From NCBI GenBank assembly GCA_964551205.1, contig CAZKCQ010000001.1, forward strand, positions 5,746 through 69,745: a DNA stretch of 64,000 nucleotides. The letters are read 5' to 3'. Position 1 is the first letter of the stretch. Each line of letters starts with the position of its first letter. The stretch comes from an uncultured Spirochaetaceae bacterium (GTDB taxonomy: Bacteria > Spirochaetota > Spirochaetia > SZUA-6 > DRHE01). A program made the translations under genes and the position numbers. The notes below the pieces were generated by a model. That model was not told where the DNA came from. It was given only the letters and a program-made list of their open reading frames with translations, and did no database searches. This document shows positions 1-9,207 of this stretch, piece after piece.

Positions 1-10
1 ACCCACAGAC

Positions 11-2731
11 ATGAAAAGAAAAACGACTAACACCGTGCTTTATCTTCTGTTCTTTGTTACCGGCATCAGCGGATTGATCTACCAGGTCGTCTGGGGGCGG
101 ATGTTCGGTCTGGTCTTCGGCAACACCGTGTTCGCCTCCAGCACGGTTCTGGCTGCCTATTTCGCCGGATTGGCCCTTGGGGGTTATCTAGCCGGCAGGT
201 TCGTCGCCGAGCGAACCGATGGATTGCGGATCTACGGCATCCTCCAGCTGGGAATAGGTCTGTTCGGAGCGCTCATGCCTCTCCTCGTCCAGGCGATCTC
301 CGGCATCTACGGCTGGATCTATCGTGGCTTTGAGCCTTCCTTTGCCACTCTGACCGCCATCCGGCTGCTGCTCTCCTTCCTGGCCCTAATCGCCCCCTGC
401 GTGTTGATCGGGGCCACCCTGCCGGTGATGAGCAAGTACCTCACCGACATCTACAGGACCGGGCGCGGCACGATCGCCAAGCTGTACGGCATCAACACGC
501 TGGGAGCCGTGGTTGGCGCTTTCACGAGCGGTTTCCTGCTGATCGGCCGCCTCGGCATCCTGCTCACCACCTTCAGTGCCGCAGCGATCAACCTGACCGT
601 GGCAGTCCTGGCCTATCTGATCTATTTGCGGCACCTCCGGCTTTTCGGCGCTGCGGTCCCGCGGATTGCCGGACGCGGTCCTGCCGGGGACTCGCTGAGA
701 AGCAAAGCTGGGACTACCGACAGATCGGAAACCGTCGACAGCCGAACCGCCGACAGATCTGATACAACAACCGGAACGGCAGCAGCCGACTCGGTTCCGC
801 CTTGGCTGCTGCTTCTCACCTATGGGGCCGCGGGCTTCGCCGCCCTGGCGCTGGAGGTAGCCTGGACCCGGGCCCTGGTCTGGATCATCGGCCAGGACTC
901 CTACGCCTTCGCCGCCATGCTGTCGGTGGTGTTGGCGGGGATCGGATTGGGAAGCTTGCTGTTCTCCTTTTTCATCGACACTATCAAGAACGAGCTGCCC
1001 CTTTTGTATGGATTCCAGTTCGTCCTGGGGGTGTTCGTATTTCTCTCCATCGCTGCCATCCACGGCGGCCACGATCTGATTCGCAGCATTCTCTCGGTAG
1101 TCAACAGCTCTCGCTTATTGCGGTGGGTCTTCGTGAACCTGGGCGCCTACACCATCATTCAGATGACCGTGGCCTCCACGGTGATGTTCGTGCCCGCGCT
1201 GATCATGGGAGCCGCGTTTCCGTTGTTTGCCCGAATGTTCATCCGTATCACCGGAAACGTCGGCAGGGGGGTGGGCACGATCTACTCGGTGAACACCCTG
1301 GGAGGTATTGCCGGCTCCCTGGCCATGGGTTTCCTGATCGTCCCGATCCTGGGGTTGCTTTCCTCGATTGCGCTGATGGGCTGCATCTACCTGCTGGTGA
1401 GCCTGGTGCTGGTCGCCGCAGCCGGTGGCAGGAGGGTTGTGCTGAGGATCGGTCAGGCAGCTGTGGTGCTGGTGGCAGGATTTCTGCTTCTGATCACGGC
1501 GAATTTCGATTTTACGAACATTCTCGGCAAGACCCTGAAATCCGTAGGGGACTACACCTTTGAAAATGTTCTCTACTACCGTGAGCACGCCACCGGTACG
1601 GTGATGGTCAAGCAGAGCGAGGTGTACGGAACGGAGATGCTGATCGACGGCACCCAGGTGGCCTCCACCGGGGACTTCGATCTGCACTCCCACCTCTACC
1701 CCGCCCACCTGATGTCCCTGCTAAAGGAGGATCCGAAGGACGTCCTGGTCGTTGCCTTCGGCGCCGGGGGAACCAGCGGTTCCCTGCTGCTCTACGATGA
1801 GGTGCAACGGCTGGACGTCGTGGAGATCTGCGAGGGGGTGATCGAACCGGCCAAACGCTACTTCAGCCAGATGAACAGCAATGTCTTCGACGATCCCAGG
1901 CTGAATCTCATCATCCAGGACGGCAAGAACTATGTCCGCATGACCGACAGGAGCTACGACATCATTTACTCGGGGCCGATCCATCCCCAGTCCAACCAGG
2001 GCAGCGCAGCCCTGTATACGAGAGAGTACTTCGAGGACTGCCGGGAACGGTTGAAAGAGGGGGGTTTCCAATGCCTGTGGCTGCCCCTGCATGTGACCAG
2101 CCCCGTGTATTTCAAGATCATCCTGAAGACCTTCATGGAGGTCTATCCTTACGTGACTCTCTGGCAACTGCCCCATACGGAGAACTCCGCTTCACACCCT
2201 CACCTGATCGGCAGCCTGGAACCGATCTATCCGGATTACGGAGTTGTGAAGCGCAAGCTCGAACGACCGGCAATCCAAAAGGATCTGGAAAGGCTGCACG
2301 ACACTCGCTTCAGCGAGCCCTACGAGTTCTTCGCTCAGCTGGCTATGGATCAGGATGAGCTCGAAAAAATGGTGGAGGGTGTCGAAAGCCTGAACACGGA
2401 CAACCTTCCGGTGGTCGAGTTCTACAAACACACGGTGAATTTAGTGGCCTCGAGCAAGGCCTCCAAGGCCAAGCTCCTCAATGAGATCGCCAAACACATG
2501 CAGCACCCTCTCCCCTACATTGTAAATGTACCGGAGGATGAGCGGGAACAGCTGAAGAAGGACTTGGATCGATTGTACGAGGGGTATCGCTACCTGCTCG
2601 TCGGTCACTCCCTGATCGCCCTCAGCGACTTTTCGGGAGAGGATGTCGAGCAGTTCATCAGGCAGTATTACCGGCAGGCCTACGAGCTCCTGCCGGAGAG
2701 CAGCTATCTGCAACGATATCTAACCGAATAG
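11..2731 (+). CDS. Fused polytopic membrane domain / spermidine-synthase-like (polyamine aminopropyltransferase family) protein, 906 aa
   Basis: ATG at 11. The N-terminus 'LLFFVTGISGLIYQVVWGRMFGLVFGN' is typical of membrane-anchored SpeE-like proteins. Two hydrophobic multi-helix blocks are separated by a charged Thr/Asp/Arg-rich linker. The C-terminal region carries the Rossmann/spermidine-synthase motifs 'VLVVAFGAGGTSG' and 'DIIYSGPIHP', followed by a ~150 aa extension. Confidence 0.6.
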   Translation: MKRKTTNTVLYLLFFVTGISGLIYQVVWGRMFGLVFGNTVFASSTVLAAYFAGLALGGYLAGRFVAERTDGLRIYGILQLGIGLFGALMPLLVQAISGIYGWIYRGFEPSFATLTAIRLLLSFLALIAPCVLIGATLPVMSKYLTDIYRTGRGTIAKLYGINTLGAVVGAFTSGFLLIGRLGILLTTFSAAAINLTVAVLAYLIYLRHLRLFGAAVPRIAGRGPAGDSLRSKAGTTDRSETVDSRTADRSDTTTGTAAADSVPPWLLLLTYGAAGFAALALEVAWTRALVWIIGQDSYAFAAMLSVVLAGIGLGSLLFSFFIDTIKNELPLLYGFQFVLGVFVFLSIAAIHGGHDLIRSILSVVNSSRLLRWVFVNLGAYTIIQMTVASTVMFVPALIMGAAFPLFARMFIRITGNVGRGVGTIYSVNTLGGIAGSLAMGFLIVPILGLLSSIALMGCIYLLVSLVLVAAAGGRRVVLRIGQAAVVLVAGFLLLITANFDFTNILGKTLKSVGDYTFENVLYYREHATGTVMVKQSEVYGTEMLIDGTQVASTGDFDLHSHLYPAHLMSLLKEDPKDVLVVAFGAGGTSGSLLLYDEVQRLDVVEICEGVIEPAKRYFSQMNSNVFDDPRLNLIIQDGKNYVRMTDRSYDIIYSGPIHPQSNQGSAALYTREYFEDCRERLKEGGFQCLWLPLHVTSPVYFKIILKTFMEVYPYVTLWQLPHTENSASHPHLIGSLEPIYPDYGVVKRKLERPAIQKDLERLHDTRFSEPYEFFAQLAMDQDELEKMVEGVESLNTDNLPVVEFYKHTVNLVASSKASKAKLLNEIAKHMQHPLPYIVNVPEDEREQLKKDLDRLYEGYRYLLVGHSLIALSDFSGEDVEQFIRQYYRQAYELLPESSYLQRYLTE

Positions 2732-2776
2732 CGGCGAACAGCCCGAACCGGGCGCCCACCGGTGTCCTTGCCGCAG

Positions 2777-3958
2777 CTACTCGTAGGCTTTGTACTGCTC
2801 GTCAATCTCCTCGATCCCGACCGGGCGGTTTTCCCGGGCTGAGCGAATCACGGCCAGCGTGCATTGAACCGCCCGAACCCCCTTCTCTCCGGGATAGCGT
2901 GGCTCCCCGCCACCGGTCAGGCAGTCGAGGAAATGGTGGATTTGCCGGATATGCCCCCGGCTGTAGTAGGAGATATCCGATTTCCAGACGTCATCCCCGC
3001 CCTCGTCGAAACGGAAGGCCAGGGTGTCCTTCCCTTCCCTGTGCAGGAGAAGATGCTGCTCCGCGCCCTCCCAGAACAGGCGGCCGCCGCCCTCCCCCAG
3101 CACCTCGATCATGCCGCGCTCCCCAATCACCGAGCTGCTGAATCCCAGCATGTAGTCGTACTTTCCGTTCAACCGTTCCGCCCTCATCCAGGCGCCCTGG
3201 CAGGCCGGGTCTTCATACCTCCAGGTGATGATGGGAATATCGATCGCCGCGGTGCTGTACGGGTCGTGGGCCGCTCCCTTCTGGCTGCGTACGCCCCGGT
3301 TGTCGGCTGTGACCGCGAAAACTTCCCGAATCGGTGTATCGAGCATCAGGTACTCGGCGGTGGAGAAGAAATGCACGGCGTGGTCGAAAATCCAGGGAAA
3401 ATCGCCTCCCCCGGATTGTACGGGGTCCAGCCGCCAACTGCGGTCGGCGGGCACTTCGCTGGCATGGAGCTTCTCCTTCTCCAACCAGGCACCGTGGCGC
3501 TGGCGGATCTGCAGCGGGCGCCCGATCTCCCCCGCCTCCAGCAGCTCCCGGGCCTTCATGTGCGAGCTCAGGAAAACGTAGGTTTCCCCCACCATTATCC
3601 TGGTGCCGTGTCGGGCGGCCGCTCGACAGGCCTCCAGCCCCTCACCGGCGTAGCGGCAGAAGGGCTTCTCGCAGTGCACGTGTTTTCCCGCTCCCACGGC
3701 CTCAGCGGTCATAGTCGCATGCAGGTGGGTCGGCGTGGCGATATCCACGACATTGATCTGCGGATCGGCGAGCATCTCAGTGTACGACGTGTACACCTTG
3801 GCAATTCCGTTTTCCCGGGCGAAGGCATGAGCCCGCTCGGCGCTGAGATCGCAGACCGCCATGACTTCGGCAGCGGGATGACTGCGGTAGCCCTTCAGAT
3901 GAGAATAAGCCACCAGACCCAAACCGACCATGCCAACGCGGGCCTTTCCGATTTTCAT
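2777..3958 (-). CDS. Gfo/Idh/MocA family NAD(P)-dependent oxidoreductase
   Basis: N-terminus 'VGMVGLGLVAYSHLKGYR...VMAVCDL...' gives the Rossmann GxGxxG. The 'EKPF' motif is present ('HCEKPF'). The start overlaps the stop of the IclR gene by 4 nt, suggesting an operon. Confidence 0.85.
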   Translation of the reverse strand: MKIGKARVGMVGLGLVAYSHLKGYRSHPAAEVMAVCDLSAERAHAFARENGIAKVYTSYTEMLADPQINVVDIATPTHLHATMTAEAVGAGKHVHCEKPFCRYAGEGLEACRAAARHGTRIMVGETYVFLSSHMKARELLEAGEIGRPLQIRQRHGAWLEKEKLHASEVPADRSWRLDPVQSGGGDFPWIFDHAVHFFSTAEYLMLDTPIREVFAVTADNRGVRSQKGAAHDPYSTAAIDIPIITWRYEDPACQGAWMRAERLNGKYDYMLGFSSSVIGERGMIEVLGEGGGRLFWEGAEQHLLLHREGKDTLAFRFDEGGDDVWKSDISYYSRGHIRQIHHFLDCLTGGGEPRYPGEKGVRAVQCTLAVIRSARENRPVGIEEIDEQYKAYE

Positions 3959-4749
3959 GTCCCGGTTTCCTCTCTCTCCACATAACCGCAGTGACGGGAG
4001 ATCTTCAGCGCGATTTCCTTGATCGCCTGCCCGTGCTCTTCGACAGCCCGATCGGGCAGGCGGTATTTCGGACCGGAGATGCCGATCATGGCAATCGGGG
4101 CCTTGAACTCGTTGAGGATCGGCGCGGAGATGCAGCGGATACCGTCGATGTATTCCTCGTCATCCACTGCGTAGCCGCTTTGCCGAACCCGGTCCAGATG
4201 TTTTTTCAATTTCGAAATCGTGGTGATGGTGCGCTGTGTATAGGCTTCCAACTCGACGGGATACAGCTGTTCAAGGGTGTTTTCCTCCTGAAAGGCCAGA
4301 TAGGCCTTGCCCAAAGCGGTGCAGTACAGAGGCTCCCTGGCCCCGATCTGGGTGTTTACCGAGAGGGTTTCCGAACTGGAATAGCGGTCAATGAACACCA
4401 CATACTTCTCTACGACCACGGCCAGGTGGGCGCTCTCTCCGGTCGTTTCCGCCAAACTCAGCAGATACGGTCTGGTGATCCGCTGGATATCGAGATTCCT
4501 CCTCAGAGCGTTGTACAGACCGTAGATCTTCAACCCCAGGCTGTACTGCTTTGTCTCCTGATCCCGCAACAGATAGCCGCGGCGCTCCAGAGTGGCCAGT
4601 AACCGGTGAATCGTGGCCTTGTCCCAGTGGAGCTTGGTCCACAGCTCCCCCAGGGTGATCGGCTTGTTGGCCTGCTCCACCACTTCAAGTAGATACAGCC
4701 CCTTGTCCAGGGACTGAATGATATGTGGGCTCTTATTGCTTTTGGTCAT
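3955..4749 (-). CDS. IclR family transcriptional regulator
   Basis: N-terminal wHTH 'IQSLDKGLYLLEVV...ITLGEL' is followed by an IclR effector domain ('LSLAETTGESAHLAVV', 'GKAYLAF'). Length is 264 aa. Confidence 0.85.
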   Translation of the reverse strand: MTKSNKSPHIIQSLDKGLYLLEVVEQANKPITLGELWTKLHWDKATIHRLLATLERRGYLLRDQETKQYSLGLKIYGLYNALRRNLDIQRITRPYLLSLAETTGESAHLAVVVEKYVVFIDRYSSSETLSVNTQIGAREPLYCTALGKAYLAFQEENTLEQLYPVELEAYTQRTITTISKLKKHLDRVRQSGYAVDDEEYIDGIRCISAPILNEFKAPIAMIGISGPKYRLPDRAVEEHGQAIKEIALKISRHCGYVEREETGT

Positions 4750-4801
4750 CCTTGTCTCCCTCGAGGTGAATCCTGCGTGTCCCGGCTATGAAGATGACTG
4801 G

Positions 4802-6682
4802 TCAAAACCCCAACCTGTGGTGCTCCTTCTGAACCTCCTCACACCAGTTGCCGACGTTCCAGGAGCCGAACACACCCAGCCCGCCCAGCTCGTTTTCACC
4901 AGCGTACACGGGTACGTGGATCAGGCTCAATCCTCCGTAGGCGTAGGCCTGCTGTAGGGCTGTTTGCAGCTGCCCGGGGGTCGTGCCGCCGGATATCGCC
5001 TTCACCCCCCGGACCGAGCGCGCCAGAGCCAGGTAATCCGTTTGCACCCGATCGGAGGTCTTGTATTCGGATCGATTTTGCGCAGCCTGCAAACCGGTAA
5101 TGGCGGCCATCCTGCGATTGTCGAAAAGGACGATGCAGCCCCGCAAACCGTGTTCAGCACCGTCGAAGAGGATCTGGGGATTCATCGTAAAGCTGCCATC
5201 GCCGGTAAAGGCAAATCCATAGGTCGGCTTGTCCGCCAGGGCGGCGCTGAGCAGAGCGCAGACGGCGAAACCCATGTAGGAGGATCCGGTATCGCTGAAA
5301 GTGAGGCCGTGCTCCTCGTCTTCCACCACCTGAAAGCCGTTGGCCTGAACATCTCCGGCGTCGAAGTAGCGGGCGGCCTTCTTCTCCCTGGCGAAATCGT
5401 AAACGATCTTGATGGCCGCGGGCTGGGTCAGCACCTCCTGCTTCCAAACCGCATCGTACAGCAGCGGATTGTCGAAGCGCCGTTTTTTGAATCGAATCCA
5501 CTGCTCCTTCATGGAGCTGTTCTTCTTCAGCCACGGGGAGATCTCTGCAACCGGAGCAAAGCCGGCGTCCTTCAGCTCTGCGATCCAGCGTTGCAGATTC
5601 AACCGGGCGTCCCCCAGGATGATCACGCTGCGGTTGTAATGCCCGGCATCCTCGACGCTGGTGTTGAAGTTGATGAGCGCCCCCGCTTTCTTCCAGGCTG
5701 TTCCTGAGCAGTCCCACTGGCATACGGCGCGGGCACCGATGACGATGACCAGATCGGCGTTCTCCATGGCGAAATTGCCGCAGATCGATCCTTTCGATCC
5801 GCCCACGCTCATGAATCGAGTCCGACTGAAGGGAACCACGCCGCTCATCTTGGCACCGCTTACGATCACCCCGTCGATCAGCTCCGCCAGCTCCTCGATT
5901 TCCCGGCCGCACTCCGCTGCGCCCCCTCCGAACTTGATGGTGATCGCTTTGGCCTTGCTCACCAGTTCGGTGGCCCGCCTGAATACATCCGGGTCGTTGG
6001 AGGCTACTCGAGGAAAGAACGGCCGATCGGAAAGCTCGGCCAGATTACAGCCTTTGATCACCTGCGGTTGGACGTTCATCGGCAGCAGGAGGAAAAAGGG
6101 TTCCTGCCTGCCCTGATTGAATACCGAGGCCGCCCCGCGACGCAGCGCGGTGAAGACCGCCTCCGGGGTATGAACCTGGTAGCCCGATCCCATGTTTTCG
6201 ACCAGCTTGAGGAATCCCGCCTGGACCCGCTTGGGCAGCTGCTGCATGTTCGGTCCTTCGTCGTGGGTGGTCTCATCCCCGTAGATGTGGTAAACCCCCA
6301 GTCCGTTGGAAGCGGAAGCCAAAGAGCCGGCAAAGGCGTGAAGGGCTCCCGGCCCTATGGAGGCCAGAACCGCTGCGGTCTCTCCGTACTGCCATTTCAA
6401 CATGCTGGCACAGTGAGCCGCCTCGGTCTCGTGCCGGACATTGAAGAACTTCACCAACCCGCGCGTCTCGTAGATGGAGAGGATGTTGGCGAAATCGGTG
6501 TTACCGTGTCCCAGGATGCCGATGAACTTGCGCACACCCTGGTTAAGGAGGCCGAGGATCACCGCTTCGGACACGGTGATATCCTGGAACTGACCCAGTT
6601 TTCCGCCGGAAAGGGCTTGGGACAGTGATCCACGCCTGGCTACAGTCTCTGCCCGGCTGTCAACCTCCTCGTGGCGATTCAT
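4802..6682 (-). CDS. Thiamine-pyrophosphate-dependent enzyme (acetolactate synthase / IolD-like family)
   Basis: 626 aa with three TPP-enzyme domains: an N-terminal Pyr domain 'ILGHGNTDFANIL', a central domain, and a C-terminal PP domain with the TPP-binding motif 'FTGDGSFTMN'. Confidence 0.8.
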   Translation of the reverse strand: MNRHEEVDSRAETVARRGSLSQALSGGKLGQFQDITVSEAVILGLLNQGVRKFIGILGHGNTDFANILSIYETRGLVKFFNVRHETEAAHCASMLKWQYGETAAVLASIGPGALHAFAGSLASASNGLGVYHIYGDETTHDEGPNMQQLPKRVQAGFLKLVENMGSGYQVHTPEAVFTALRRGAASVFNQGRQEPFFLLLPMNVQPQVIKGCNLAELSDRPFFPRVASNDPDVFRRATELVSKAKAITIKFGGGAAECGREIEELAELIDGVIVSGAKMSGVVPFSRTRFMSVGGSKGSICGNFAMENADLVIVIGARAVCQWDCSGTAWKKAGALINFNTSVEDAGHYNRSVIILGDARLNLQRWIAELKDAGFAPVAEISPWLKKNSSMKEQWIRFKKRRFDNPLLYDAVWKQEVLTQPAAIKIVYDFAREKKAARYFDAGDVQANGFQVVEDEEHGLTFSDTGSSYMGFAVCALLSAALADKPTYGFAFTGDGSFTMNPQILFDGAEHGLRGCIVLFDNRRMAAITGLQAAQNRSEYKTSDRVQTDYLALARSVRGVKAISGGTTPGQLQTALQQAYAYGGLSLIHVPVYAGENELGGLGVFGSWNVGNWCEEVQKEHHRLGF

Positions 6683-6749
6683 CCACTCTCCTGGCTCTGA
6701 ATTTTTTTTCGCACCCTTGCGGTTTCAAAGTTCAAATTATAAAATCGCT

Positions 6750-6764
6750 TTGACAAATTGTCAA
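6750..6764. promoter_or_regulatory. Perfect palindrome TTGACAA-A-TTGTCAA in the divergent promoter region between the IclR/TPP-enzyme operon and the URO-D-like gene
   Basis: Seen in sequence. It is the only long perfect palindrome in the 118-bp intergenic region, and it also contains a TTGACA -35-like hexamer. Confidence 0.4.
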
Positions 6765-6800
6765 CGAAACATCGAGTCTTTGCAGGGATATCGAAGAACT

Positions 6801-7883
6801 ATGATGACATCCAGGGATCGGATCATTCGACACATGAATGGGGAGAAAACAGATCGTCTTCCCTTCGTTATTCGCTGGGAGCCGTGGGATCAGGCTATCG
6901 AGCGGTGGAAGAGTGAAGGAATGAAGACTGACGACGAATGGTATACTCTGTTCGACTTCGATCCCTTCTACGTGGAGGCCGGCGTGAACTTCAGCATCTG
7001 CCCGCCCTTCGAACGGGAGATCCTGGAGGATGAAGGAGAAACTATCGTGTTCAGGGACGAGCAGGGCACGGTCAAACGGGACTACAAGGGCACTATGACC
7101 ATGCCCCAGTTCCTCGATTACCCCGTGAAGGATCGAAAAAGTTGGGAGGAGCACAAGTGGCGCTTCGATCCCGACACTCCGGAACGCTTCCCCCCCGATT
7201 GGGACAAGAGGGCAAAAGAGCTGAGAGACTCTGAGGCCATCGTTCTGGTGGGGACCTATCCCTACGGCTTCTACGGCGGCGTAAGAACCATGATGGGGGC
7301 GGAGTCCTCCCTGGTGGCCTGCGCCCTGGATCCGGAGCTCATCGAAAAAATCAACGCCCACCTCTGCAATCTCTGGTACCGGCTGCTGGAACGAATTTTC
7401 GAGGAAACCAGGCTCGATGAGATCGCCTTCTGGGAGGACATGGCGGGAAAACAGGGATCTCTGATCTCCCCGGCCATGTTCCGAAGATACATGACTCCCA
7501 ACTACCGCAGGCTCACGGATCTAGCGGCGCAAGGGGGAGTGAAAATCTGTTCCGTGGACAGCGACGGGTTCATGCACGAGCTGACCGGCCTGTTCATCGA
7601 AGCGGGCGTCACCACCATTTATCCCTACGAGGTGCAGGCGGGAAACGAGATCCCCTATCTGCTGAACAGGCATCCTGAGCTCAGGGCCATGGGCGGTATC
7701 GACAAGCGGGCCCTGTCAGAAGGCAAAAAAGCCATCGATGCGGAAATCGAACGGGTTTCTTCAATCGTGAAGCTGGGCCGCTATATCCCCTTCATCGATC
7801 ACCTCATCCCCTCCGACGTTTCCTGGCAGGACTACCAGTACTTCGTGTGGAGATGGAAGGAGATGACAGGAAAGAGGAGTTGA
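6801..7883 (+). CDS. Uroporphyrinogen decarboxylase (URO-D)/MtaA-like family protein (paralogue 1)
   Basis: The ORF-track start at 6717 is a TTG lying inside the promoter/palindrome region, so the internal ATG-ATG at 6801 is preferred. URO-D-like motifs are 'MTMPQFLDYPVK', 'FWEDMAGKQGSLISPAMFRRY' and 'KICSVDSDG'. It is about 45% similar by eye to the 55438 paralogue. Confidence 0.75.
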   Translation: MMTSRDRIIRHMNGEKTDRLPFVIRWEPWDQAIERWKSEGMKTDDEWYTLFDFDPFYVEAGVNFSICPPFEREILEDEGETIVFRDEQGTVKRDYKGTMTMPQFLDYPVKDRKSWEEHKWRFDPDTPERFPPDWDKRAKELRDSEAIVLVGTYPYGFYGGVRTMMGAESSLVACALDPELIEKINAHLCNLWYRLLERIFEETRLDEIAFWEDMAGKQGSLISPAMFRRYMTPNYRRLTDLAAQGGVKICSVDSDGFMHELTGLFIEAGVTTIYPYEVQAGNEIPYLLNRHPELRAMGGIDKRALSEGKKAIDAEIERVSSIVKLGRYIPFIDHLIPSDVSWQDYQYFVWRWKEMTGKRS

Positions 7884-8023
7884 GCGGGTTTTCTACCCCT
7901 TTTGCAGTTCCTCCCTGGCGGTTTGTACGAAGGCGATGTAATTCTCCCCGACCGGCGCTCCGGTTCCGCCGCTTCGCACATGGTCGAGAAATCGCTTGCG
8001 TGGGCTTGCTGCTGCCGTAGCTA

Positions 8024-9085
8024 CTACCTTCGGCCCAGCTCGCGTTTGAGCCGGGTGTAAGCCTCGATGTTGGCGATCGGGATGTTGTGGGGCAGGTCCC
8101 CCGCAGATTTGAAAAAGTACCCGGGGTATCGCCTGCCCAGATCGGCGCAGCGCCGAACCTCCGCCTTGATCTCCTGGTAGCTGCCGCGGGTGAGGATCTG
8201 GGTGTCGATGTTGCCCACGACGGAGTGATCATTGCCGTATCGCTCCAGGATCGATTGCAGGTTGTTGCTGGTGTCGATATGGATTCCATCGATGCCCAGG
8301 GCGATCAGGTCGGGGATCAGCTCCTCGAAGCGGCCGTCGCTGACAAAGACGATGATCTTACCCGCCTGGCGCGCCGGCTCCAGGATGCGTTCGTAGCGGG
8401 GAAAGATCTCCCGTCGATACCACTCCGGGGCAAAAACCAGCCCCCTGGTAATGGCCACATCGTCATGGAAAAAGAACACCGGGCAGTCGTCTTGCACCCA
8501 CTCGCTGACGTTTTGCACACTGATCTCCGTGAACTGGTCAAGGATGATTCCGAAGGTCTGCGGATCTAGGGCTGCAGCGGTCAGGAAATGCTCCCAGCCG
8601 AAGGCCATGATGCCGAACTGAAACAGGGTGGTGTAATAGATGCCGGTAATCAGCACCGAGTCACCGGCCTGCCGGCGGCTTTGCCGCGGGCTCTGAATGC
8701 GCTCATCCCGCCACTTGCGGCTCACGACCCGGACCCGCCCTTCGCGGTCCGCCAAAGGGCGATAGGCCAGGACCTCCTCCGCACTGCGGAAGCCGTAGTC
8801 CTCCTCCCAGGGGCTGCCGCTGCATCCCCATTCGGTGAGCTTGCTGCCGTCTTCCCGCATGATGGTGGATTGTCCCCCTTGAAACCGAACCGCCCTCTTA
8901 GGTATGTCCACAATCCAGTCGATCTCCAGCAACGGCAGCGCCTTGATGTAGGCCGCAACCGGATCCTGATAGGGGTCGATACCGCTCACCTTGTGCACGA
9001 TTCCCGGATGCTCCAACACTTCGAACGACGGGATGCCGTCCACCGGACGAAGACTCAAGGCATCCACCGCTCTCTTCAATCCCAT
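8024..9085 (-). CDS. URO-D/MtaA-like family protein (paralogue 2)
   Basis: 353 aa. Carries the (beta/alpha)8 URO-D-like signature, with 'FFFHDDVAITRGLVFAPEWYRREIFP' matching the conserved 'DDxxG...SPxxxRxxxxP' region. C-terminus is 'IHIDTSNN...VVGNIDTQ'. Confidence 0.7.
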   Translation of the reverse strand: MGLKRAVDALSLRPVDGIPSFEVLEHPGIVHKVSGIDPYQDPVAAYIKALPLLEIDWIVDIPKRAVRFQGGQSTIMREDGSKLTEWGCSGSPWEEDYGFRSAEEVLAYRPLADREGRVRVVSRKWRDERIQSPRQSRRQAGDSVLITGIYYTTLFQFGIMAFGWEHFLTAAALDPQTFGIILDQFTEISVQNVSEWVQDDCPVFFFHDDVAITRGLVFAPEWYRREIFPRYERILEPARQAGKIIVFVSDGRFEELIPDLIALGIDGIHIDTSNNLQSILERYGNDHSVVGNIDTQILTRGSYQEIKAEVRRCADLGRRYPGYFFKSAGDLPHNIPIANIEAYTRLKRELGRR

Positions 9086-9207
9086 GCGTTATACCTCAGC
9101 TCATTGACGTATAATCTAATCCGTTTCATTATATTCAAGATTCAGGCAAGGGCAAGCCATAGACTCAGCACACAGCCCGGCCTGTCAACCGAAGGAGGAG
9201 AGCAATC

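Noticed and set aside
386-2431. Multiple 60-250 aa ORFs on both strands inside the 906 aa spermidine-synthase-like gene
   Set aside because: All overlap a well-supported long CDS. They are Arg/Gly/Pro-rich with no motifs and are products of GC-rich sequence.
2864-3985. 373 aa ORF antisense to the Gfo/Idh/MocA oxidoreductase
   Set aside because: No motifs and an Arg/Pro/Gly-rich translation. It is the antisense of a gene with a clear Rossmann N-terminus.
9104-9115. TTGACGTATAAT, a -35-like hexamer abutting a perfect TATAAT upstream of the 9208 oxidoreductase
   Set aside because: The two hexamers are adjacent with a 0-bp spacer, so they cannot work as one sigma70 promoter. The TATAAT alone with a weak upstream -35 might be a promoter but I cannot support it.
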